Source of the DNA: Syntrophobacterales bacterium
GTDB taxonomy: Bacteria > Desulfobacterota > Syntrophia > Syntrophales > UBA5619
Length of the DNA stretch: 64,000 bases
Direction of reading: 5' to 3'
Assembly: GCA_019429105.1 (NCBI GenBank)
Contig: JAHYJE010000013.1
Span: 4,193 to 68,192, forward strand
Of the stretch, positions 37,397 to 46,956 are shown piece after piece; positions within the stretch are counted from its first letter, which is position 1; every line of letters starts with the position of its first letter. Under the pieces are notes generated by a model, which had not been told where the DNA came from, did no database searches, and was given only the letters and a program-made list of their open reading frames with translations. Both the position numbers and the translations under genes were made by a program.

Positions 37397-39325
37397 TTAT
37401 AATGCAGTCATAACCCGCACGATTGTATCTATCTCGCCTACCTGCCCATCGCGATAGCGTATTTTTCCCTTGATCGGAATCTCGCTTTTGTCTGAGTACA
37501 TGCCCTCTATCAAGGTGTTATACGATTCACTAACAAAGTGGCGGCGCACCTTGCCGGTTCTGGTCAATTCCTCATCATCGGCATCCAGCAGCTTATAAAG
37601 TAGAATGAATTTGTTGATTTTCATAACATCCGGCAATTGCTGATTGACGGTGCGGACTTCGGAGAGGATCAACTCTTCCACGGGCGGCTGCTGAGAAAGA
37701 TCGATATAAGTTGTGTAGGGGATCATTCTTTTTTCCGCCCAGCTCCCGGTGTTGCCGAGATCGATGTTGATCAACGCCGTCAAAAACGGTCGCCCCTCGC
37801 CGAAGATAACGGCCTCTTTGATAAAGGGGCTGAATTTCAGCCTTGTTTCAATGAAATCAGGGGAAAAGGCTTCGCCGCTCTTGTTGCGGATAACCTCTTC
37901 CTTACGACCGATGATCAACAGATGACCATCCTGATCGAGATAACCGGCGTCGCCGGTCCGCAACCAGCCATCCAGGAAGGCAGCCGCGGTCGCCTGCTCA
38001 TTCTGATAATATCCCTGAAAGGTGGAACCGCTGCGAATCAGCACTTCCTGATTTTCATCAATTTTTATTTCGACGCCGGGTAGCGGCTTGCCGACCGTTT
38101 CCGGTTTCACTTCGTCATCCGGCTGAATCTGAAAGATTCCTCCGGACTCGGTCAAACCATAGCACTGCTTCAAATTAAGACCGAAGGAACGAAAAAAAAT
38201 TATAACATCCGGGCTGATAGGATGACCGCCGGTATAGGCGCCAAGAAAGTTCGCACACCCCACGCGGTCGAGAAGACGACGATAAATAATTATCGAGGAT
38301 AGTTTGTGCAGGAAACTCAAAAAAAATGAGGGGTTTTTTTTCTGCATGCGGGCGCTTTCCATCAAACGTCCCACTCGTTCTGCCTGGTTGAAGAAATGGC
38401 GCTTGATGAACCCTGCATCCCCCATCTTGACGCGAATCTTCGACGCCATGTCCTCCCAGAAACGCGATGCCGTGATTATGCGGGATGGCCCGATCTCCCG
38501 GAAATCATCCACCACCGTCTCCGGCATTTCCGGGAAATTCATAGTCATTCCCGAGTAAAGCGCTACGCCAAAGGCCCACATTTGATCGACAATCCATGCC
38601 GGCGGCGACATTGAAAGCCAGTTTTCGCCTGGTTTTATATCTATCGCCGTGGTCCACATTTTGCCGATCGTGATGATATTCTGATGCGACAGCATCGCCA
38701 TCTTGGGAACCCCTGTTGTCCCTGACGTCTGAATCATCAGGGCTGTTTCATCGCCCCTGCCCTTTTTCAGCTCTTCATGGAAAAGCTCCGTGCGCTCGTA
38801 ATCGAGTTTTTCGCCTTGCGCAAGCAGCTCACGGTAGGAAATGATCCAAGGATTGTCATCGTAGGAGCGCATTCCCGTAGGATCAATGTAGATGACATTT
38901 TTGACATGGCTCAGTTTATCGCGGCTCTCCAAGAGCTTGTCAACCTGTTCCTGATTTTCGGCAAAGACAAAAGCGGCGCTGACCCGGTTCAAAGCAATAG
39001 CAAGTTCCGCCGAGACAGCCGAGGTGAATAAATTCAGGCTGATGCCGCCCACCGCCTGTGTCCCCGCTTCGGCAAACAGCCATTCCGAATGATTGTCCGT
39101 GATGAGCCCCACCACATCGCCCCGTTTAAATCCGATCGCGATCAGGCCAAGCCCAATTTTCTTTACGTAGCCGAGGTAAGCTTTCCAACTGTAAACATCC
39201 CAAATGCCGTAAGCTTTTTCCCTGATGGCGGCCTGGTCTCCAATAATACTTTCAGCCTGTGAAGCCAGGAGCTGCGGGATAGTTCCCCGAAAATCTTCAT
39301 TTTGCTCGTTGCTGTCGAAGCTCAA
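37397..39325 (-). CDS. AMP-forming acyl-CoA ligase (long-chain-fatty-acid--CoA-ligase-like), embedded in the ABC operon
   Basis: 'IQTSGTTGVPKMAMLSH' (AMP-binding P-loop), 'YGLTESGG', 'LRTGDAGYLDQDG'. TTG start at 39325 follows AAAGGGGA. Confidence 0.8.
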   Translation of the reverse strand: MSFDSNEQNEDFRGTIPQLLASQAESIIGDQAAIREKAYGIWDVYSWKAYLGYVKKIGLGLIAIGFKRGDVVGLITDNHSEWLFAEAGTQAVGGISLNLFTSAVSAELAIALNRVSAAFVFAENQEQVDKLLESRDKLSHVKNVIYIDPTGMRSYDDNPWIISYRELLAQGEKLDYERTELFHEELKKGRGDETALMIQTSGTTGVPKMAMLSHQNIITIGKMWTTAIDIKPGENWLSMSPPAWIVDQMWAFGVALYSGMTMNFPEMPETVVDDFREIGPSRIITASRFWEDMASKIRVKMGDAGFIKRHFFNQAERVGRLMESARMQKKNPSFFLSFLHKLSSIIIYRRLLDRVGCANFLGAYTGGHPISPDVIIFFRSFGLNLKQCYGLTESGGIFQIQPDDEVKPETVGKPLPGVEIKIDENQEVLIRSGSTFQGYYQNEQATAAAFLDGWLRTGDAGYLDQDGHLLIIGRKEEVIRNKSGEAFSPDFIETRLKFSPFIKEAVIFGEGRPFLTALINIDLGNTGSWAEKRMIPYTTYIDLSQQPPVEELILSEVRTVNQQLPDVMKINKFILLYKLLDADDEELTRTGKVRRHFVSESYNTLIEGMYSDKSEIPIKGKIRYRDGQVGEIDTIVRVMTAL

Positions 39326-39336
39326 AAATTTTCCCC

Positions 39337-39381
39337 TTTATGAACATTAATCTGCGATTTATGAACATTAATCTTCGATTT
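39337..39381 (+). repeat. second locus of the 21-bp unit (about 1.9 copies plus a partial one)
   Basis: TTTATGAACATTAATCTG CGATTTATGAACATTAATCTT CGATTT. It fills the 55-nt spacer between the livG-like stop and the ligase start, in the same plus-strand orientation as at 29186. Confidence 0.85.
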
Positions 39382-40208
39382 TAGAGAATTTTATCATCAC
39401 CGAGGTATGCCTTGATCACCTCCGGGTGTTTGACAATTTCACCGGGAGTTCCCTCTGCCAGCTTTTCTCCAAAATTGAGCACGGCAATCCTTTTGGCAAT
39501 GCTCATGACAATTGCCATATCGTGCTCAACGAGAATCATGGTTTGCCCCCAAGCCCGGTTAAGCTCAAGCAGAAAACGCACCATATCCTCTTTTTCCTCA
39601 AGATTCATTCCCGCAAAAGGTTCGTCAAGCACCAGCAGATCAGGCTGGAGGGCAAGCGCCCTTCCCAGCTCGATGCGCTTCATCATTCCGTACGGCAGCG
39701 AACCAACCGGTTTGTTGCGAACGGACTGGATTTCCAGAAAATCAATGATCTCCTCTAGAATGCGCCGATGGGCAATCTCCTCTTGACGTACCGATTTCAA
39801 AAAAAAGCAGGCCGGTAAAAAACCATAATGGTAGTGAATGTGCCGGGCAAGAAAAAGATTGGAAATGACGGTCATTCCGGGAAACAATTCAATATTCTGA
39901 AAGGTTCTGCCAATGCCGATTTTTACCAACTGATGGGGATGTAAATTTTCAATTTGTTTTCCATTGTAAATGATCTTGCCTGCTTCCGGATGATAGAAGC
40001 CGGTAATGCAGTTCATCAGGCTGGTTTTTCCTGCGCCATTAGGGCCGATGACGGCGAAGAGCTCACCGCTCTTCACCGTCAAATCAACATTTGTCAAGGC
40101 CCTGACGCCTCCAAAGGAAAGGGACAGCCCCCTAATTTCAACTTCCGCCGGTCGTCTGGCGTTTTTTGTGTTTTCGTAAATGGACGGCTGTCCCCTGAAC
40201 GCCTTCAT
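39381..40208 (-). CDS. ABC transporter ATP-binding protein (LivG-like)
   Basis: 'GPNGAGKTS', 'LPYGMMKRIELGRAL', 'LLVLDEPFAGM'. I prefer the ATG at 40208 (GGGGGA upstream) over the ORF-track TTG at 40241. Confidence 0.85.
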   Translation of the reverse strand: MKAFRGQPSIYENTKNARRPAEVEIRGLSLSFGGVRALTNVDLTVKSGELFAVIGPNGAGKTSLMNCITGFYHPEAGKIIYNGKQIENLHPHQLVKIGIGRTFQNIELFPGMTVISNLFLARHIHYHYGFLPACFFLKSVRQEEIAHRRILEEIIDFLEIQSVRNKPVGSLPYGMMKRIELGRALALQPDLLVLDEPFAGMNLEEKEDMVRFLLELNRAWGQTMILVEHDMAIVMSIAKRIAVLNFGEKLAEGTPGEIVKHPEVIKAYLGDDKIL

Positions 40209-40275
40209 CTGCCTGTTTTCCCCCGTTTCACCTGCATTCAAATAACCGCTGTGTGGAAGCGACGCCTACCTTGTA

Positions 40276-41475
40276 CTACTTAAGGAGCTTTACGTTCTCC
40301 TTCCCCGGAACGTAGAAGTTCGTCAAAGGGGTGTACGAACCATCTTCATTAATCGAAACCATACGACCGCTGAACGAGGCCTCGTGATTGGAAGGTGAGT
40401 ACGTGACAGCAGGAATCAATCCGCCAAAATCCTCATTTTTAAAGGATTCCATCGCACTGTTGATGGTTTTGCTGTTGACGGCCTTGAATTTTTCGTCCGC
40501 CCGGACCATCGCCCGCTCCATGATGCTGCCGATGACAACCCCTTCCCAGTAGGCGTTATCAAATTTATCGACTGTCTTGTATCGTTTGATCAAATCCTGC
40601 ATAAGCGCTATTCCCTTATTGTTATCGCCAGGCAGGCAGCCGGGGAACTGCATTTTCAGGCGGTCTCTGATCAGTCCCTGCCCCATTTTGAAGAAATCGG
40701 GATCGGTTGAGGTCCATGTACCGATAAATGGCGGATTGTAGTTTATTCTGTCTGCGCTGCGCAGGGCGGTTATTATTGCCGCCGGCAGCATCTGGATAAA
40801 GATGTATTCAGCGCCGGCTTTCTGGAGCCGCAGCAGTTCCGTTGAAAGATCAACAGTTTTCGCCGGGAATTCCTCGATTGCGACAATATTTATCTTCTTT
40901 TTGGCGGCATATTCCTTGGTGGGCTTATGAATGGAGCGTCCGTAGGCATTGTTGTAGGTGAGAAGCCCGACCTTCGGCGGTTCCTTACCTTTGTGGACAG
41001 CCATGATGTAATCAAGAACGGCCTCGGAATCCAGGCGGTAACTGCCAAAAGGCAGGTACATATATTCTATCGGCGCTTCCAGTATCTCCCACCCGGTTGA
41101 ATAATTAATGGTAGGTATCTTGTAATTCTGAATGACCGGTTTGGCGGCGAGCCCTTCCCCTGTCCCCCAGGTGGCGATCATGTCAACCTTGTCCTGAACG
41201 GCAAACTTTCTAACCGCGGCCACCGCCTCGGGAACCTTATAAGCTGTATCCACAAGGATCATTTCAATCTTTTTGCCGTTAACGCCGCCTTTTACTTCAT
41301 TTACATAACGAAAATAATCCTGCTGTCCTTTAGCGTGAAATTTTCCCCAGCTCGATGCCGGACCAGTCAAATTGATAGCGGCGCCTACCTTGATAGACTC
41401 CGAAAACGCCATCCCCGGCCACAAAAAAGAAATGGCAAGGATGCCAACCAGAAACCCTCTTTTAAATAAATTCAT
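40276..41475 (-). CDS. ABC transporter periplasmic substrate-binding protein (LivK/Peripla_BP_6-like)
   Basis: Signal peptide 'MNLFKRGFLVGILAISFLWPGMAFS', then 'IKVGAAINLTGPASSWG'. The ATG at 41475 is 7 nt after AAGGAGGG. Confidence 0.85.
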   Translation of the reverse strand: MNLFKRGFLVGILAISFLWPGMAFSESIKVGAAINLTGPASSWGKFHAKGQQDYFRYVNEVKGGVNGKKIEMILVDTAYKVPEAVAAVRKFAVQDKVDMIATWGTGEGLAAKPVIQNYKIPTINYSTGWEILEAPIEYMYLPFGSYRLDSEAVLDYIMAVHKGKEPPKVGLLTYNNAYGRSIHKPTKEYAAKKKINIVAIEEFPAKTVDLSTELLRLQKAGAEYIFIQMLPAAIITALRSADRINYNPPFIGTWTSTDPDFFKMGQGLIRDRLKMQFPGCLPGDNNKGIALMQDLIKRYKTVDKFDNAYWEGVVIGSIMERAMVRADEKFKAVNSKTINSAMESFKNEDFGGLIPAVTYSPSNHEASFSGRMVSINEDGSYTPLTNFYVPGKENVKLLK

Positions 41476-41661
41476 GTTCAAGCCCTCCTTTTAATCACAA
41501 AAAAAATTTCCCCCCGACAAACCGTTGCCTTAGTGGACAACCAATTGTCCGTGGGAAGCCAACGACCCTTGCCCATGGCTCTGCCTAACTAAAAAACAAT
41601 ATACCGTTTTTGTTTGAAGCTAAATTTCTTTGGAGTGTTTTTCTCGTGTCTGTGTGCGGAC

Positions 41662-41690
41662 TTTATAAAGCATGAACTACGGGATGTCAA
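41662..41690 (-). promoter_or_regulatory. candidate sigma-70 promoter for the ABC/ligase operon (TTGACA-N17-TATAAA)
   Basis: The minus strand reads TTGACAtcccgtagttcatgcttTATAAA. The -35 element overlaps the stop codon of the upstream response-regulator gene. It predicts a leader of roughly 170-180 nt. Confidence 0.4.
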
Positions 41691-43081
41691 GCAAATTTTA
41701 TCATTGATGGCGATATCCCCAGTTTTTCACAGCGATAATGAAGGGAATCATAGGTTATTCCTAATAAATCCGCGGCCTTGCTCTTTGCCCCATTCGCTTG
41801 TTTGAGAGCCTTTTCGATCAGATTTTTTTCACATCTCGCCAGTTCCTCATTGAGATTCACCGCGCCATCGGCAACGCCGAGCGAGGACGTTACGCTGTTT
41901 ATCCCCCCTATACCATCGGAAAGAATCAAATTATCCGGCAATATGATGTTGGATGTCTCCAGAGCCACGCTGCGTTCTATGATATTCTTCAACTCGCGTA
42001 TATTGCCGGGGAATTGATACCCAAGCAGCAGTTCCATTGCATAGGTTGAGATAGTTTTTACGTCTTTTCCCAACTCTTTTGAATATTTTTCGATAAAGTA
42101 ATTGCTGAGAACGGGGATGTCTTCCTTCCTCTCCCGGAGAGGAGGCAAAAAAAGCGGGATCACATTTAGCCTGTAGTACAAATCCTCCCGGAATTTCTCG
42201 GCTTTGACCATTTCAGCAAGATTTTTGTTGGTGGCGGAAATAATGCGCACATCTACGCTAATGTCTTCAGAACCGCCAATCCGGCGAAAGGTTTTTTCCT
42301 GAACAACCCTGAGGAGTTTAACCTGGAGAAACGTGGAGAGTTCCGCTACCTCGTCGAGAAAAATTGTTCCCCCCCTGGCAAACTCAAAAAGCCCCTGCTT
42401 ATCTGTGAAAGCTCCGGTGAAAGCGCCTTTGCAATAACCGAATAGTTCGCTCTCCAGAAGATTTTCCGGTATCCCTCCGCAATTGATCACTACAAAAGGC
42501 ATTCCGTTGCGGGGACTGTTGTCATGGATTGCCCTTGCCACAAGCTCCTTGCCTGTGCCGCTTTCTCCGAGAATCAGAATATTTGTGAGGGTTTGCGCAA
42601 TCTTTCTGATGGTTGCGTATATTTTGAGCATCTCGCTGCTTTTCCCGATCATTTCTCCAAAGCGCACCTGCTGGCCGACTTCCTTCAGGAAAAGGAGATC
42701 CTTCTGTTTTTCTCCTTTGTTATTCAGAGCATTGCGGATGATTCTTTTCAAATCATCGATCGCAAAATCCTTTTCGAGGTAGTCGTAAACGCCTTCCTTC
42801 ATCGCCGCGAGCGCCGTTTCCGCCGAGGCGTACGCAGTGATCAGGATCACCATGACGCCGGGACAAATTTTCTTTGCCTCCCGCAGAAAGGTTAATCCGT
42901 CAACCTTGGGCATTTTGAGGTCCGTGATAATCAGATCAAAGACCTCCTTGCGGCAGCGCTGCAGAGCTTTGGTTGCGTCTGCCGCCGTTGCAACCCTGTA
43001 TCCCTCCCGGACAAGCATGATCTCGAGAAGTTCCCGCATGCCTTGCTCATCATCAACGACGAGTATTTTTTCCATTGCCAT
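41687..43081 (-). CDS. sigma-54-dependent response regulator (REC + AAA+ + Fis-type HTH; NtrC family)
   Basis: 'ILVVDDE', 'DLIITDLKMP', 'GESGTGKE', 'ESELFGYCKGAFTGA', 'GGTIFLDEV', 'RFREDLYYRL' region, C-terminal 'AADLLGITYDSLHYR'. ATG at 43081. Confidence 0.9.
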   Translation of the reverse strand: MAMEKILVVDDEQGMRELLEIMLVREGYRVATAADATKALQRCRKEVFDLIITDLKMPKVDGLTFLREAKKICPGVMVILITAYASAETALAAMKEGVYDYLEKDFAIDDLKRIIRNALNNKGEKQKDLLFLKEVGQQVRFGEMIGKSSEMLKIYATIRKIAQTLTNILILGESGTGKELVARAIHDNSPRNGMPFVVINCGGIPENLLESELFGYCKGAFTGAFTDKQGLFEFARGGTIFLDEVAELSTFLQVKLLRVVQEKTFRRIGGSEDISVDVRIISATNKNLAEMVKAEKFREDLYYRLNVIPLFLPPLRERKEDIPVLSNYFIEKYSKELGKDVKTISTYAMELLLGYQFPGNIRELKNIIERSVALETSNIILPDNLILSDGIGGINSVTSSLGVADGAVNLNEELARCEKNLIEKALKQANGAKSKAADLLGITYDSLHYRCEKLGISPSMIKFA

Positions 43082-43101
43082 AAGCTTGTTCCCTTCCAAT
43101 A

Positions 43102-44796
43102 TCACATCGCTGTTCCCGGGCACGAACGCGCAGGAGGAAACGTTATTGCAAACGTTGTCCCCTTTCCTGATTCACTTTCCACCGTTATCGTCCCCTGCCA
43201 GTTTTCAATTATCCGACTGACTACCGCCAATCCCAGACCAGTGCCCACTTCCCTTGTCGTATAAAAAGGTTCAAAGATCCGCCGTAGGTCAATTTTATCA
43301 ATGCCGCAACCGTCATCGCTGATCCTTATTTGGACGGCATCGGCGTCGTTCTTCCGGCACAACGCAACCTCGATGGTCAAAACTCCACCTGCAGGCATCG
43401 CCTGAAGAGCGTTCAGAGTCAGATTCCAGAGAACCTGTCTGATCTCTGTTTTATTCACATTGATCAATAACGGGGCTTCCGGCAGTCGGAGGTCAAGTCT
43501 TAACTCTTGGCGCCAATCAGGAACAAGACGAAGTGAATCAATAACATCGATGATTGTTTTTTGCAGCTCAACCTCCTCGCAAATACCCGGAGCGGGTCTT
43601 GCCAGCAATAAAAAGTCTTTCAGGAAACTCTCCAATTGCTCCTTTCCCCTCATAATTATGTCAAATAGTTTCTGGTTGACATGGTCAAAGGGGGTATCCT
43701 CGAGCAGCAGCTGTATCGAGCCGCCAATAGCGGCGAGGGGATTGCGTATCTCATGGGCAAGATTGGCGGCAACCTCGCCGGTAAAGGCCTGACGGCGGCT
43801 TTTTTCCAGAGATTCCCGCATATCGATAATCTCCGCAATATCCTCAAAGATGATAATCTCTCCGATAATTCGGCCTTGCGGATCGCGAAGCGGTGAAAGC
43901 GAAGCGCCAAGCTTTAACTTTTTTCCCTTGCTTGTATTAAATACCCCTTCAAAACGGGTCAAAAAAGGGGGGTTGCTGGCGCCCTGCTTTTGCTTCTGTA
44001 AAAAATCAAAAAAATCCGGGAATATATCGGCAAGTCTTTGGTTTTCCACTTCACTTAAATCAAAGCCGGTTATCTTCGACGCAGAGCGGTTGAAAGACTT
44101 TATCCGCCCTCCCGGATTGACAGTCATAATGCCCGCGTCGATAGACTCAATGATGCTTCTATGAAGGATGTCGAGCCTGGTGAAGGCATCCTGTTTTTCG
44201 GCAAGCAGTGCCTTTGTCTTTTTCTCCTGATCGACAACAAATATTGACAGGAATGCGGTAAAATAGAAGGATGTGATATGGGTTAAAACCCTTGCCAAAA
44301 CATAGCCGGCATTCGGTTGATGAATATCAAAAGGTGTAAGCACAGCCGGGACAATCAAAGAGTAATACTCCAGAACAGCAAGAAAACCATAAAATATGGC
44401 AGATGCGGAGGCGATAAGCAACCCTCCCCCCCGGCCAAGAAATGTAACAGTGTAAATTATAACAAGAGGATAGAAAACCGAATATAAACTGTTAATTCCC
44501 CCGGTCGCGAAAACCATTGCCGTTATGGCAATTACATCAGCGATGCCTTGAATGTAAATATTTGTTAAAACATTCCGGAGATAGTGGAAAACGAGAAAGA
44601 ATCCAATGGAAGCAATGTAAACGGATATTATCGTAATGAAAAGAGCTGATCTGTAGATATCGGAAATTTCACCGCCCGCATTTACCTTGGCGAAAGCGGC
44701 TATCCCCAGAATAAACGTGACGATAAATAAGCGGGAGAGGATGAGTAAACGAATTCGCTTTGTTATATTATCTTTTTGTAAATATTTATCGTCCAT
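43102..44796 (-). CDS. sensor histidine kinase (polytopic N-terminal domain, PAS, HisKA, HATPase_c)
   Basis: About 6 N-terminal TM segments. H-box 'LAHEIRNPLAAIGGS', N-box 'WNLTLNALQAM', G-boxes 'DDGCGI' and 'GTGLGLAVV'. Confidence 0.85.
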   Translation of the reverse strand: MDDKYLQKDNITKRIRLLILSRLFIVTFILGIAAFAKVNAGGEISDIYRSALFITIISVYIASIGFFLVFHYLRNVLTNIYIQGIADVIAITAMVFATGGINSLYSVFYPLVIIYTVTFLGRGGGLLIASASAIFYGFLAVLEYYSLIVPAVLTPFDIHQPNAGYVLARVLTHITSFYFTAFLSIFVVDQEKKTKALLAEKQDAFTRLDILHRSIIESIDAGIMTVNPGGRIKSFNRSASKITGFDLSEVENQRLADIFPDFFDFLQKQKQGASNPPFLTRFEGVFNTSKGKKLKLGASLSPLRDPQGRIIGEIIIFEDIAEIIDMRESLEKSRRQAFTGEVAANLAHEIRNPLAAIGGSIQLLLEDTPFDHVNQKLFDIIMRGKEQLESFLKDFLLLARPAPGICEEVELQKTIIDVIDSLRLVPDWRQELRLDLRLPEAPLLINVNKTEIRQVLWNLTLNALQAMPAGGVLTIEVALCRKNDADAVQIRISDDGCGIDKIDLRRIFEPFYTTREVGTGLGLAVVSRIIENWQGTITVESESGKGTTFAITFPPARSCPGTAM

Positions 44797-44844
44797 GTCC
44801 CCGTTGTGTGATAAGATATTTCACAGGTTAAATATTTTTCTCTT

Positions 44845-44873
44845 TCAATACGTTCAGTTCGTGGAAAAGTCAA
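44845..44873 (-). promoter_or_regulatory. candidate sigma-70 promoter for the histidine kinase operon (TTGACT-N17-TATTGA)
   Basis: The minus strand reads TTGACTtttccacgaactgaacgTATTGA. The single 21-bp repeat unit lies 10 nt upstream of the -35 element. Confidence 0.3.
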
Positions 44874-44882
44874 CCTTACAAA

Positions 44883-44903
44883 TTATGAACCTTAATCTTC
44901 GAT
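44883..44903 (+). repeat. third, diverged single copy of the 21-bp unit
   Basis: TTATGAACCTTAATCTTCGAT versus the consensus TTATGAACATTAATCTKCGAT (1 mismatch). It lies in the divergent HK/TetR spacer. Confidence 0.6.
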
Positions 44904-44937
44904 CGGGGAAATATCGTATCAATTGAATGGTGGGAGA

Positions 44938-45543
44938 ATGAAAGAAAACAGCTCCTTTGCGGGCTTGAAAAACGGCGAGAAACGGGCGCGGCAGGAAGCA
45001 ATCATCACCGCTGCCGAGCGGGCCTTTGCCATCAAGCCCTTCAATAAGGTCAGCATTCGCGACATCGCCCGGGAGGCGGGAATCTCCCATGCCGCCATTT
45101 ACCGTTATTTCCCGGATCAGCAATCCCTGTTCATCGAGGCCTTCCTACGCGGCGCCGGCGAGATCATCGCGTTTCTTACGGAGATTGTCTCCCGAAGCGA
45201 AACGGGAGATATCGACAAGGTTGCCGAAACCTATCTCGATTACCTGCTTACGCACGATCAGTATTTTCGCATGATGACCCACTTCATGCTCGACGGGTCG
45301 CTGACGCCGGAGATGATCGAAAGGCTGAACGTAGCCGAACGCGGGATATTCGATCAGTTTGACGTCATGTTTCGCAAAATGGAAATGCCGGAGCCGGTAA
45401 GAATATTATCCCACGCCTTTTTTGCCGCGCTGCACGGGGTGCTGATTACTTTCAACAACTACCCCGGACGGGATCAAAATGCGGTACGGGAACACATCAA
45501 GAAGGTGGCAAAAGTCATTACGGTGAAATTTGTCAGTCAATAA
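44938..45543 (+). CDS. TetR/AcrR-family transcriptional regulator
   Basis: TetR_N HTH 'FNKVSIRDIAREAGISHAAIYRYFPDQQSLF'. Start either at the ATG at 44938 or the TTG at 44923. Confidence 0.85.
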   Translation: MKENSSFAGLKNGEKRARQEAIITAAERAFAIKPFNKVSIRDIAREAGISHAAIYRYFPDQQSLFIEAFLRGAGEIIAFLTEIVSRSETGDIDKVAETYLDYLLTHDQYFRMMTHFMLDGSLTPEMIERLNVAERGIFDQFDVMFRKMEMPEPVRILSHAFFAALHGVLITFNNYPGRDQNAVREHIKKVAKVITVKFVSQ

Positions 45544-45558
45544 TCGGGGAGCCTGAAA

Positions 45559-46944
45559 CTACATAACCTGGCTGAACATCTCTAAAACATTCAAAGGCAG
45601 CAAGCCCAGAAGAATGATGGCAAGGCTGAAGAGCCAGCAAAGCGCTTTTTCAGAAAAGGACAGTCTCAAAGGTGTTTCATCTTTTATTTCCCGCGAATAG
45701 CTAATGCGAACGAGATTCAGATAATAGAAGACGGAAATTACGGTATTCACTGCGGCAATAATGACGATGGGCAGGTGCCCGGCCCTGAATGCCGTAACAA
45801 AGAGAAAAAACTTGCCGGTAAAACCGCCGGTCGGCGGAATGCCCGCCAGCGAAAAAGCGGCCACCGCCAGCGTAAACGCCAAAAGCGGCGCCCGGCGGGC
45901 CAGCCCGCCCAAATCGGCAATCTTCAGGTTCTCCCCGTTTCTGGAAAGCAGCATCATCACATAGAACAAAGCCAGATTCATGATCAGATAAACGGTTATA
46001 TAATAAGCTACTGCGGCGTTTCCCGCTTTATTGAACGACAAAAGGCCGAGCATCAGGTAGCCTGCATGGGCAATCCCGGAATAGGCAACCAGCCTTTTGA
46101 GGTCCTGCTGAACCAGCCCCACCAGATTGCCGAGGGTCATCGAAAAGGCGGCAAGCACCATTAGCAGCATGGTCAGTTGGGTCAAAGGCAGGCCCGCCAG
46201 CATCGTCAGTCTGATCAAGAGCGCGGCGCCGGCAACCTTCGGCACGGTGGCGATAAACGCCGTCGTTGCGTCGGACGCCCCTTCATAGATGTCCGGCGCC
46301 CAGAAATGGAGGGGAAACAGCGAAAGTTTGAAGAAAAAGGCACTCATCGTCAGGATAATCGCGAGGATGGCAAGCGGCCTGTCGCCGAAAGACGGCATCT
46401 GGGCGACAATATCGGCAAGATAGGTCGAATGAGCCATCCCGTAGAGATACCCCATGCCATACAGCATGATGCCTGTGGAAATAGCACCGAAAAACAAGTA
46501 CTTGATGGCCGCTTCCAGATGAGCTGTCGTCTTGGTGCGGCGCAGCGGCACGATCGCATAAAGGCTGAAGGAGGATATCTCCAGACTGATCAGAATCGAG
46601 ATAAGTTCAACGGAACTGACGAGGATGGAGAGGCCGAGGGTGGAAAGACCCAGAAACATGAAAAACTCCGGCATTTTTTCCACTTCATCTTCCTTGTTGA
46701 ACATGAAGATTACCAAAGCCAGGCCAATGGTCAGAACTAACTTGAAAATCTGCGAAAAACCATCTACCCGGTAGGCGCCGACAAAAAGAAGGCCCTCTGC
46801 ATTCAGGGAAAAGAGCGCAGCAGCCACTCCCCCGACGGCCAGCACCCGGGCCGGCACAAACAGCGATCGCCTCCCCTTTCCCAGCGACAGGAAAAGAAAC
46901 AATACGGAAAAGGAAAGTATGTAAATTTCAGGCAGCAGCGTCAT
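45559..46944 (-). CDS. nuoN: NADH-quinone oxidoreductase subunit N-type antiporter-like subunit
   Basis: 'PLHFWAPDIYEGASDATTAFIATVPKVAG' is the NuoN-type motif. 461 aa, polytopic. Confidence 0.85.
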   Translation of the reverse strand: MTLLPEIYILSFSVLFLFLSLGKGRRSLFVPARVLAVGGVAAALFSLNAEGLLFVGAYRVDGFSQIFKLVLTIGLALVIFMFNKEDEVEKMPEFFMFLGLSTLGLSILVSSVELISILISLEISSFSLYAIVPLRRTKTTAHLEAAIKYLFFGAISTGIMLYGMGYLYGMAHSTYLADIVAQMPSFGDRPLAILAIILTMSAFFFKLSLFPLHFWAPDIYEGASDATTAFIATVPKVAGAALLIRLTMLAGLPLTQLTMLLMVLAAFSMTLGNLVGLVQQDLKRLVAYSGIAHAGYLMLGLLSFNKAGNAAVAYYITVYLIMNLALFYVMMLLSRNGENLKIADLGGLARRAPLLAFTLAVAAFSLAGIPPTGGFTGKFFLFVTAFRAGHLPIVIIAAVNTVISVFYYLNLVRISYSREIKDETPLRLSFSEKALCWLFSLAIILLGLLPLNVLEMFSQVM

Positions 46945-46956
46945 TGGATCAACCCC

